Source: Octopus sinensis (lineage: Eukaryota). Taken from it: a stretch of DNA of 64,000 bases. Position numbers and translations under genes: made by a program. The DNA lies in contig NC_042997.1 in assembly GCF_006345805.1 (NCBI RefSeq), positions 148,118,001-148,182,000 of the forward strand, in the 5' to 3' direction. This document shows positions 53,655 through 64,000 of this stretch, one piece after another. A model generated the notes under the pieces. It was not told the origin of the DNA and searched no databases. It was given only the letters and a program-made list of their open reading frames with translations. Positions within the stretch are counted from its first letter, which is position 1. The number at the start of each line of letters is the position of its first letter.

Positions 53655-53825
53655 TAGGAGTGGATGTGTGGTAAGTAGCTTGCTTACGAACCACATAGAT
53701 CCCGGTTCAGACCCACTGCTTGGCACCTTGGGCAAGTGTCTTCTACTAGAGTCTCGGGCCAACCGAAACCTTGTGCGTGGATTTGGAATTTGGTAGAGAG
53801 AACCTGAAAGAAGTTTGTCGTATAT
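53655..53825 (+). mobile_element. SINE family B
   Basis: GTGTGGTAAGTAGCTTGCTTACGAACCAC...GGTTCAGACCCACTGC...GGCACCTTGGGCAAGTGTC. Confidence 0.8.
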
Positions 53826-53929
53826 ATGTATATATTCGGAGTCTGCGCAGTGTTTTGAATAGTTTAGAAAGAGCATTTCGATAGACGCACATGGATCTAT
53901 TGGTATGGTCTTTCCATCGTTAACAGGAA

Positions 53930-54002
53930 TCTTACTGAAGAGCCAGCCTGAGTAAATAAATACTATTTTTATTACTGAATTTGGCGAAACTGCAGTATAA
54001 GA
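53930..54002 (+). ncRNA. Type I hammerhead ribozyme (copy 1)
   Basis: Stem I TCTTA/TAAGA; CTGAAGA 53935-53941; stem II GCCA/TGGC with inner AGTAAATAAA/TTTTATTACT; GAAA 53986-53989; C-TGCA-G; GUA with predicted cut after 53997. Confidence 0.85.
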
Positions 54003-54333
54003 AAAGTTAAGTTTGTAAAAGTTTTTAATTCTCATCTCACTAAATTTATCCAGCTATTGTGTATCTAGTACACTCTTCGCCTTGAATGTAATGATATATG
54101 TATAATATATGGCGTGTACTGGTACACCGGCGATTATAATTAATTTTATTGTATCGCATTTATCTTTGTTTACATATTCTCTCGATAAATTTCTGACCGT
54201 TAGACGATATACCACAATCCCCTATTTTGTCGGGTTTGTTCGGAGTCTGCGCAGTGTTTTGAATAGTTTAGAAAGAGCATTTCGATAGACGCACATGGAT
54301 CTATTGGTATCGTCTTTCCATCGTTAACAGGAA

Positions 54334-54406
54334 TCTTACTGAAGAGCCAGCCTGAGTAAATAAATACTATTTTTATTACTGAATTTGGCGAAACTGCAGT
54401 ATAAGA
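54334..54406 (+). ncRNA. Type I hammerhead ribozyme (copy 2)
   Basis: Identical to copy 1 plus 404; predicted cut after 54401. Confidence 0.85.
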
Positions 54407-54571
54407 AAAGTTAAGTTTGTAAAAGTTTTTAATTCTCATCTCACTAAATTTATCCAGCTATTGTGTATCTAGTACACTCTTCGCCTTGAATGTAATGATA
54501 TATGTATAATATATGGCGTGTACTGGTACACCGGCGATTATAATTAATTTTATTGTATCGCATTTATCTTT

Positions 54572-54663
<92 letters not shown>

Positions 54664-54689
54664 ATAATTGTGTGTGTGTCTGTGTTTGC

Positions 54690-54815
54690 CCCCCTCCCCC
54701 AACGTCGCTTGTTAAGCGATGCTGGTGTGATTACGTCCCCGTAACTTGACGGTTCGGCAAAAGAGTACGATAGAAGAAGTATTAGACTTGCAAAGAATAA
54801 GTCCTGGAGTCGATA
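54690..54815 (+). mobile_element. SINE family C body/tail
   Basis: GATGCTGGTGTGATTACGTCCCCGTAACTTGACGGTTCGGCAAAAGAG...AGAATAAGTCCTGGAGTCGAT; homologue at 61960-62125. Confidence 0.65.
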
Positions 54816-55949
54816 GACAAATAGTAGGTAGGTATGTAGGTAGGTAGGTAGGTAGGTAGGTAGGTAGGTAGGTAGGTAGGTAAGTAGGTAGGTAAGTAGG
54901 TAGCCAGGTTGCTAGGTAGATAGGCAGGCACGTAGGTTGGTATGAATATGAGGCAAGAGTTTAGCACGTCTTTACTGACTTGTTCCAATTGTTTCAGAAA
55001 CACTCTGTTACTGACGCCATAACACGATAAAGTTGCATGTGAAATGTCACGTCATTTTAGCAGTTTTGTACATTTATACGTAAGACTGCTAATATTACAT
55101 AATTTTTCACACAGACACACATACACGCGCGAACGCAGAAACGAACATAAACTCATATATTTATAAAGAGATAAGTAGATAATTGGTTTATAGAACTAGA
55201 AGGAATTATACTCAAATCTTAATACATCAGGGGTTACTGACTGAAGGTGCATGTAAATCAGTCAGTAGCTATAATAGCATTCCTTTCTTCTGCCTACCTC
55301 GCTATTTGTATTGCTTTTCGTTCATTACTCGATCTGTTCTGAGGGAAATATATCCATACCGACATTTTTGATACCGTTCTCGAAAAACTTTACTTTTGAC
55401 AAAAATACTACTCAAATCTTATTTTTCACATTGTATATGTAAATTAAATGAATAAATTTATTCATTCATGTTTTTTTTTCTGTTTTTTTCTTCTCCGGGT
55501 TAACTGCTCGAGAATGATTGTAACGAAGTGTAACCCGTTATAGGCAGACAGGGTAAGGTAGTTTATTTTATTGTAATAAAGGCTTCATTCAATTTTCTTT
55601 ATAATATCTACAGTGATGTCAACAGTTTTTGCATATTTATCGACTGGATATACCCTTCCAAATATAGTTGCATATCTAGACATGCTCATATATACTGAAA
55701 TGATAAACACCTGGAAAGTTTTACAGATTTTTACTGTTCCAGTGATGGAATGGATCTATAGTTTTTGAATTTGCTTTCTCTTTTCTGGTTTCGAGAAGCC
55801 TAATTTCTCAAGATTGGCGTTTAGGCAGTGTGTTACATATCCGAGCACCCCAATAATTACAAGTATAAACCTGACTTGTAATCTGGATAGAGTAACTGCA
55901 GATTTCTCAACAGTGCAGCCTAGGTATTCTGTTTTTCAATGATCTTCAA

Positions 55950-56410
55950 CTTTATGTTAACATCCGCTTAGAAGATAATTAACGCAACTGTACATAGTTT
56001 CTCTTCTCTGTCCCAAATCATTATAGCAGGTCTCTTTTATTGAGGCCTTCACTATGACATTCCACCGGTACTCCTTTTTATTATGAGTGATTATGGCTTC
56101 TAACATATTGTGGGTTCTTATTTCTTTGTCATCGGAATTTTCCTTCTGACTGATTTCATTGTAGAGTATCCAAGCTACAACATCATGTCTCATCGGTAGA
56201 TAATACCATGATGACATATTCTGACAACTGGTTATGATGTGATATCTTCGATGCTAATTCCACAAAGTTTGCATCGCTTGTCATATTTTACTAATTTACC
56301 TGCATATCTATCCTTTTTGTGCATCAGGTATTTGGTTGATATTTCCTGTTCCTGGATTGCAAATGCATACCATACAAGGTAGCAGCTAGTAATTCGGCTA
56401 TTGGTCCATG
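55950..56410 (-). pseudogene. R4/Dong-like LINE zinc-knuckle/RLE fragment
   Basis: AIQEQEISTKYL...KRCKLCGISIEDI...MRHDVVAWILY...YRWN; same domain order as the 21.8-22.2 kb segment. Confidence 0.6.
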
Positions 56411-56480
56411 ATAAACTGCTTTGATAAATGTATATATGCATGTATTTATATGTATATGTTTTAATTTATCAATCTATCTA

Positions 56481-56520
<40 letters not shown>

Positions 56521-56659
56521 ATCAGACAGATTCAAATTAATGGAAGTGGGAAAAGGAAGTTTCAGAATTCACATGAGAAGGAAATGCCTACTGAAGAGCG
56601 AAGTTTCACTTGTATCACATACTACAAAATAAAGTGGCAATTTGAAAGAAATATCAACT

Positions 56660-56800
56660 AGCTTGGTAACCAACCACATGGTTACGGGTTCAATCCCACT
56701 GCGTGGCACCTTGGGCAAATGTCTTCCACTATAGCCTCAAGCCGACCAAAGACTTGTGAATGGATTTGGTAGACGGAAATTGAAAGAAGACCGTCGTGTA
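56660..56800 (+). mobile_element. SINE family B
   Basis: AACCAACCACATGGTTACGGGTTCAATCCCACTGCGTGGCACCTTGGGCAAATGTC. Confidence 0.8.
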
Positions 56801-56838
56801 TATATATATATATATATATTAATTTATTATATAGAAGG

Positions 56839-56889
56839 AGCTTCTACAGGACTAGAACTGTTTCATTCAAGAGAAATCTTCAGGAAGCT
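56839..56889 (-). ncRNA. Type I hammerhead ribozyme near the 3' end of the Penelope-like element (sense to the ORF)
   Basis: AGCTTC-CTGAAGA-TTTC TCTT GAAT-GAAA-CAG TTCTAGTC CTG-TA-GAAGCT; 6-bp stem I, 3-bp stem III, weak stem II; predicted cut between 56845 and 56844. Confidence 0.75.
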
Positions 56890-57639
56890 AGTTAACAAGA
56901 ATTGTATTGGCATTTATACATTTAGGCAGGTTTAAAGGGGTGTTGGTGGGGGACTTTTTGGGGGTAGGCATAGCGCAAAATATCATACTTGGGGGAGTGG
57001 TCAAGGAGTCAGTGTTAAATTAGATAGAAGAATAAATAAAAAAATTAAAAATATATATATATAAAAAAGGGAATAGAGTTTTAGGTAAATAAGGAGATTC
57101 TCACTTATACCTATGCACATATGTATACATATATACACACACATACAAACATATATACATATACATACACACATACATACACACACATATATACTTATAT
57201 ATACACTTACACATACATATACATATCTACACATACACATATATGTATACATACACACACTCACATGCATACACGTATACCCACATGTATATATACACAC
57301 ACGACCACACATACATATACACACAGAAAAATATATATACACATACACACACATACACACATACACGCATACACACACATACACACACAGCACACTAGTC
57401 CCTATATACACATATATACACATACACACATATATATACACACACATACATATACATACATATATATATATATATATATACATATGTGTACCTATGCATA
57501 CCTACACATACACACATATATACACATACAAATACAGACCCATTCCCTAATTTTAATTTTATTATCTTCATTTATTACTTTTGTTATCTTTGACCGCTGG
57601 TCACAAACATCTTGGCTATGACAGCCAGTCCATTTATCT

Positions 57640-58087
57640 GTCTACTTGAAAACAAGCACTCATTCACTCACGCACACTCTGTAGCACGTACACTCACTCA
57701 TTCGTACACTCATACACATACACGCACGCACGCGTTATATTCATACATACATACATCTACATACATTCACGTATATACACATACGTAAGCGTACCTACAG
57801 ATTCATGTCTACACTCTTAGAAGGCTAGTCTATACATATACACCAATAAATATAAATACACACACATACATATACACCTACATACAAATACATACATGTA
57901 TATATATATATAATATATATATATATATATACACATATACATATAAACATATACACACATACATACATATACACACACACATACACATACATACGTATAC
58001 ATACATACATCCATACATCCATACATACATACATTTATACACATACAAATACATACACATACGCATATACATACATACATATACACA

Positions 58088-58136
<49 letters not shown>

Positions 58137-58510
58137 CACACACATACATATACATACATACATATACAAATATACGCACACACATACATACATACTCATA
58201 TACACATACACTCACATACACATGCACATGCGTACCCATACACACACACACACACGCGCGCATCCATATATACACATAAGCACACACATGCGTTAAAGTA
58301 TACATATATCTATGCTTACACATACACACACACACGCGCCTCCTTATATTCATACTTACATGCATACTCAAAAATAAGTAAATAGTAAAATATATATACG
58401 CGCAGTTATTCATACATGCATACTCAAAAAATAAATAATAAATATTAAGTATATGTACGTGCAGTTACCTATTATATAGACGGATACATACATATAAACT
58501 TACACAACAC

Positions 58511-58554
<44 letters not shown>

Positions 58555-58756
58555 CATACACATATACATACATATACATATATATATATATATATATACA
58601 CACACATATATACACATATATATATATACATACTTACACACATGTACAAATACATACACACATAGATAACTCTACGTACCTACATATACATAAACACTCG
58701 AGCGTACACGTATATGTACATATACACATACACATACACACACACACATACATATG

Positions 58757-58788
<32 letters not shown>

Positions 58789-58985
58789 TACACACACATA
58801 TACATGTGTGCAAACATACATACATACTCATACACGCACACACACTTACATATACATATATACACACACTTACACACATATATATACATACACATATACA
58901 TACATACATACATACATATATGCATACATACACATATTCACACATACACATATCTACATATATACACATACATATACATTTACAC

Positions 58986-59018
<33 letters not shown>

Positions 59019-59227
59019 CACATATACACACATACACATACACACACATATATGCATATACATACACATATATACCCACACGTACACATATATACATATA
59101 TACATACATATACCCACATACACACACACACATATATATATATACATACATACACATACACATACCTATACATATATATACACACATATATACACATGCA
59201 CATACTTATATCTCTACATACCCGCAT

Positions 59228-59266
<39 letters not shown>

Positions 59267-59487
59267 TACATATACCTATATACATGTATATATACACACA
59301 CATATATATATACACATCTACAATTTGTATCTACACTCACATACATGCACATACACATAACTCTACATACCTACATATACATCGACATACTCGCGTACAC
59401 TCATATATATACACGTATATACATATACACACACATACATATACATATACATATATATATATATAAATATATACATAATACACATAT

Positions 59488-59546
<59 letters not shown>

Positions 59547-59600
59547 CATACATACACACATACATACATGTACATATATATATACACACATACATATATC
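57640..59600. repeat. Compound TACA/TA/CA microsatellite tract inside the Penelope-like element
   Basis: Direct inspection; includes an internal duplication (58655-58800 vs 59345-59540). Confidence 0.9.
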
Positions 59601-60140
59601 AACAATTGAGGGTAAAGTTAATTAGTTATTAATCAATTTCACCAAGTATTCAGTATGTAAAAGGACCATTATTTTTTTGAGTAAAGAATGTCTGAGAGAA
59701 AATATTCTCTAAGTAGTGGAAGAGGCTAAAAAACTTTTTTGGCTGCTATTTCTAGAAAGTTCAGTATGTGGCAAAGTAATTTAATTTACTAAGTCCTAAT
59801 TATATAATATTTTATACATACATACACATACATACACACATACATATACACATACATATGCATACACACATATATACATATATACATATATACATATATA
59901 CATATATACACACACACACACACGCACATACATATATATATATTTTTTTTTTACATACATACACACACACACACACATAATACATGCGTATATTCCTACT
60001 ATACCCATACATTTCTATACATATATACGATACACATATACAAGCGTGCACATACAATATGTGAAAGGTCTTAGGAGAAAAGGTAATCGGGGGTGCTAGG
60101 GGAACGGTGGGATTGGGGGGTTTTTGTGGGTGGGGTGTCA

Positions 60141-61066
60141 TCAATCTGGTTGCCGGGTAGGTCTATAGTTCTTGTAGTTCGCATACTTCTTATGCATGCA
60201 ATTTGGGGAGTGTTCTGAGATTTTGTTAAGGAGAGGGCCTTTGGCGAACAAGATCTCTAGGCTCTCCGATATGCAGAGGTCACAGCAGGTATGGCCTCCT
60301 GTGTACGAGCGCGCCTTCTGTAGTAGTTTCCACTTGGTCTTGAAGGGGATGGAGTTCCTTTTAAGGTACCAGATGTGGGCGGCGAGGGTAGTTTGGTTGG
60401 ATTTATCCTGTCACCGGAACGAGTGTGTGTGTGCGTACCAACGGGTCTTAAAGCTGTTTGACGTCATTCCGATGTAGGATTTCTTTTATCGTCAGGGCCT
60501 GATCTTACCTCGCATGTATATACTAGGTCCCTCTGTAGGCAGTTGTTGTTGAGGGGGCAGGTGGTTTTATCAGGGCAGTTGCAATTGCTATCGGACGTTG
60601 GATGGGCCTCGGAAAAAGTAGATATGTTAAGTTTTTTCACATTGTTGTTGGCTAGGTTCCTGGCTAGATTGGGCGTGGTAGAGTAGGAGAGTCTAATAGT
60701 GTTCTTATTTAGGATAGTGTAGTACTTATGTTGGGTGGGGAAGTGTTTCTGTAGGAGAGTGAAGAAGATTTTAGCTACAGGTGTAGCGACCTCACGGTTG
60801 AAGGGGGGGTTGTACCAGCTAATGTGTCTTCGTCTATTTTTCCTGGGTTGGCGTGGGGCTATACTAGGACAGGTAATCTTATCTTTAAAGCCACTGCGGG
60901 CCAGGGCCTCGTTGTAATAGGGGGCTGCGGCCTTAAAGATATCTTCCGTGGCGGACAGGCTAGAAATTCTAATTGAGACACTTTTTACTAGGTTATCTAA
61001 TATATTTTTGGGGTGGTTGGAATTAATATCTATATATCTAAGGGATTCATTTGGTTTGTGGTACGG
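60141..61066 (-). pseudogene. Penelope-like RT C-terminus, linker and GIY-YIG endonuclease (one frameshift, one internal stop)
   Basis: PYHKPNESLRYI...SNHP..I...RISSLS...APYYNEAL.RSG...RRRHISWYNPPF...YSTTPNL...CNCPDKTTCPLNNNCLQRDLVY; after a frameshift near 60485, KSYIGMTSNSFKTRWYAH..SFR*...LAAHIW.LK...CDLCISE...LLNK.SE...CMH. Confidence 0.9.
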
Positions 61067-61739
61067 GTATTTGTATTTGTATGTGTATATATATGTGTGT
61101 ATGTGTAGGTATGCATAGGTACACATATGTATATATATATATATATATGTATGTATATGTATGTGTGTGTATATATATGTGTGTATGTGTATATATGTGT
61201 ATATAGGGACTAGTGTGCTGTGTGTGCATGTGTGTGTGTGGATATGTGTGTGTATGCGTGTATGTGTGTATGTGTGTGTATGTGTATGTGTATATATATT
61301 TTTCTGTGTGTATATGTATGTGTGGTCGTGTGTGTATATATACATGTGTGTATACGTGTATGCATGTGAGTGTGTATGTATACATATAGTGTATGTGTAG
61401 ATATGTATATGTATGTGTAAGTGTATATATATGTATATATGTGTGTGTGTATGTATGTGTGTATGTATATGTATATATGTTTGTATGTGTGTGTATATAT
61501 GTATACATATGTGCATAGGTATAAGTGAGAATCTCCTTATTTACCTAAAACTCTATTCCCTTTTTTATATATATATTTTTTTAATTTTTTTATTTATTCT
61601 TCTATCTAATTTAACACTGACTCCTTGACCACTCCCCCAAGTATGATATTTTGCGCTATGCCTACCCCCAAAAAGTCCCCCACCAACACCCCTTTAAACC
61701 TGCCTAAATGTATAAATGCCAATACAATTCTTGTTAACT

Positions 61740-61790
61740 AGCTTCCTGAAGATTTCTCTTGAATGAAACAGTTCTAGTCCTATAGAAGCT
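61740..61790 (+). ncRNA. Hammerhead in the inverted 5' segment, G-to-A change at the cleavage triplet
   Basis: Same as 56839-56889 but CTA-TA instead of CTG-TA at 61782, which breaks the 15.2-16.2 pair. Confidence 0.6.
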
Positions 61791-61872
61791 CCTTCTATAT
61801 AATAAATTAATTTTACTCTGCTATGTATTGAGTACCTTATTTACTGTGGTTAACCCGAATCAACCCGGGACC

Positions 61873-61912
<40 letters not shown>

Positions 61913-61959
61913 GTGTGTGCATGTGTGTGTGTGTGTTTGTGTGTCTGTGTTTCTCCCCA

Positions 61960-62125
61960 CACCATCACTTGAAACCGTAGGATTGTTTACGGCCACGTAA
62001 CTTAGCAGTTCAGCAAAAAAAAATACCGATTGTATAAGTACTAGTCTTACAAAGCCCTGGGATCGATTTGTTCGACTAAAGACGGTGCTCCAGCATGACC
62101 GCAGTCAGAATAACTGAAGCACATA
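61960..62125 (+). mobile_element. SINE family C body/tail
   Basis: CGTAACTTAGCAGTTCAGCAAAA...GGGATCGATTTGTTCGACTAAAGACGGTGCTCCAGCATGACCGCAGTC. Confidence 0.65.
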
Positions 62126-62990
62126 CAAGAATAAAAGAATAAAGGTAATAAGAAATATGTACTGAGAATTTATTGTTCTAAAACATGGGTTTTCGATTAT
62201 GCATATGCATGTATTTGGCTGTATATGTGTGTTTGTGTGGATCTTTAAACGTGTATGTTGTTGTTGGTCCTAAGTTCATTGCTGGACCTAGGTCTTGAGT
62301 CTGGCGATCGATAAGAATAAAAGTGAGCATCACCAAAAATTTGAGGATAATATAGCTACAACGATAACATCAAACAGGAAACTGTTTTGTTTTACAGGTT
62401 TTGCTGCAGTTTCTAGCATACCAAACGACTACGCACAAGTCTCATCTGTAGACATATCTTTTATTTTGAATTGTCTTGATTCTTATATACATTTTAAAGC
62501 ATGATTGTGTATACGAACGCCTCTGTCTAATTACACATACACTTTTTTGTGATTGGATATCATGTGATGGTGTATATGTATGCCTATAATTATCAATATA
62601 TTCATATTTCATTTTATATATATTGTTGAGCTTAATATTTTTATATGCTTGAATATGATATATTCGTGGTTTGTTTTTTTCTTTTGATATTTTTTGCACA
62701 AGTTTCTGTATGTATGAGTGTTTCATTTCATGTTCATAATTTCGATTTTCTATGATTATGTACGTCAGTGTGTATGTGTGCATAAATTCGATTATGTATA
62801 TCATTAGATATGTTTGCGTATGTAACAGTGTGTTGCTGCATATGCAGTAGTTTTCTTCAATAATTTACGTATCACTGCACTATTTACCTTTCTCTTATTC
62901 AGAACATACGAACTAAAACATTTTATTGTAAATGCAATGCAAGCATGGCTCTCTCTTTCTCTCATATACATACATACATACATACATACA

Positions 62991-63021
<31 letters not shown>

Positions 63022-64000
63022 GTATGTAAATATACATGTATGTATGTGTGTATATATATATGTGTGTGTGTATATTTATATATAACATATATATTTATAT
63101 GTGTATACACATACAGACACATACACATATATTTATATAAACACATGTATACATACGGATATATATATATGCATGCATATATAAATGTATATATATCTAT
63201 ATATATATATATTTATACATACACACATATATATATGTCTGTGTATATATTTATATATACACATATACATGCATATATATGTGTATATATATCTATATGT
63301 ATGTATATATATATATATGCTCGAATATAACTATCCATCGATGTATATGTACACAGCTGGTAGCTACATAGAAGTCAAACGTTTTAGTTAAAGGATGAGA
63401 TAACATTTTTAAGTAGTAACCAAAAGATGTCTGCAATTAATTGATACAGTTTACCAGTTTGCATAATGGTGTACTTCAACTGTTCGCATACACAAGCACA
63501 AGCGTCAGTTAGCATGTCCTGTGTGTGTTTATCGGCATATTAAATCATATGTGAGCATGCATCTTTCTTACATAATGATGTACGCAATTTGAGACCACAT
63601 ACGGATAAATGACGCGTAAGAATCGGCATATACATGTGTGTATAAATCTTAACATACACGAACATTTACATATATATATATATATGTGTGTGTGTGTGTA
63701 TGTGTGTATGTATGTTTATATGCCATGAGTGTATTCGTCGTTTTTTTTGTCTCTATTCTTTCGATAATAGGTTACCACCAACACGCACAATTACACATAC
63801 ATATTTTTACTTTGTTCATCATTATAACGAAGGGTATTCGTTTGTTACAAATACCGTAGCTATGCAGTGTAACAACGGCTGATGTTTCGTAATTGATTTG
63901 AAAGTCAAAATATATGGAAGCCAAATACAATTACGATGTGATTTAAAAAAAAAAAAAAACCTAAGCGAAAAAAAAAATCGCTAAATTTTCAAAAACGTAA

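Larger units (their letters stand above)
53835..54576 (+). mobile_element. Hammerhead-containing tandem element (404-bp unit, about 1.84 copies), non-LTR retrozyme-like
   Basis: 53835-54172 equals 54239-54576 except one substitution; each copy holds an intact HHR; no ORF; TA-rich flanks. Confidence 0.8.
56820..61809 (-). mobile_element. Penelope-like retroelement insertion with inverted about 720-bp terminal segments
   Basis: 56820-57536 is the reverse complement of about 61070-61809; between them lie a 5'-truncated RT/GIY-YIG ORF and about 2.6 kb of largely microsatellite 3' sequence. Confidence 0.75.

Noticed and set aside
60464-61516. 350-aa ORF as a single protein with an H/T/Y-rich N-terminus
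   Set aside because: The N-terminal part is microsatellite from the inverted terminal segment fused in frame to a truncated PLE ORF; a frameshift and stop follow.

Overview
AT-rich, microsatellite-saturated eukaryotic DNA with no convincing host-gene exon. The SINE types and (TA)n/(TACA)n/(TATC)n density suggest a mollusc, probably Octopus (inference from recalled repeat sequences, no database search). Nearly all long entries in the ORF track are translated microsatellites. Real coding remnants are all decayed transposons: a Penelope-like element (RT C-terminus plus GIY-YIG, 60141-61066 minus), an R4/Dong-like RT+RLE LINE (21.1-22.6 kb), RTE ends, two mariners, Helitron-like elements and several tRNA-type SINEs. 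The notable hidden content is self-cleaving RNA. By eye I find eight intact-looking type I hammerhead (HHR) cores, one point-mutated core and three decayed ones. They occur in three architectures: (i) a 404-nt tandem non-coding unit at 53.8-54.6 kb resembling a non-LTR retrozyme; (ii) near-perfect palindromes with an HHR on each strand at 4.3-4.8 and 18.4-18.7 kb; (iii) the inverted terminal repeats of the Penelope-like element. A fourth family (1.7-2.8 kb twice, 45.1 kb once) contains all three HHR core segments with covarying helices but in a non-canonical strand order. This candidate permuted or pseudoknotted hammerhead is the most novel observation. All folds were derived by hand and none has been tested for activity.
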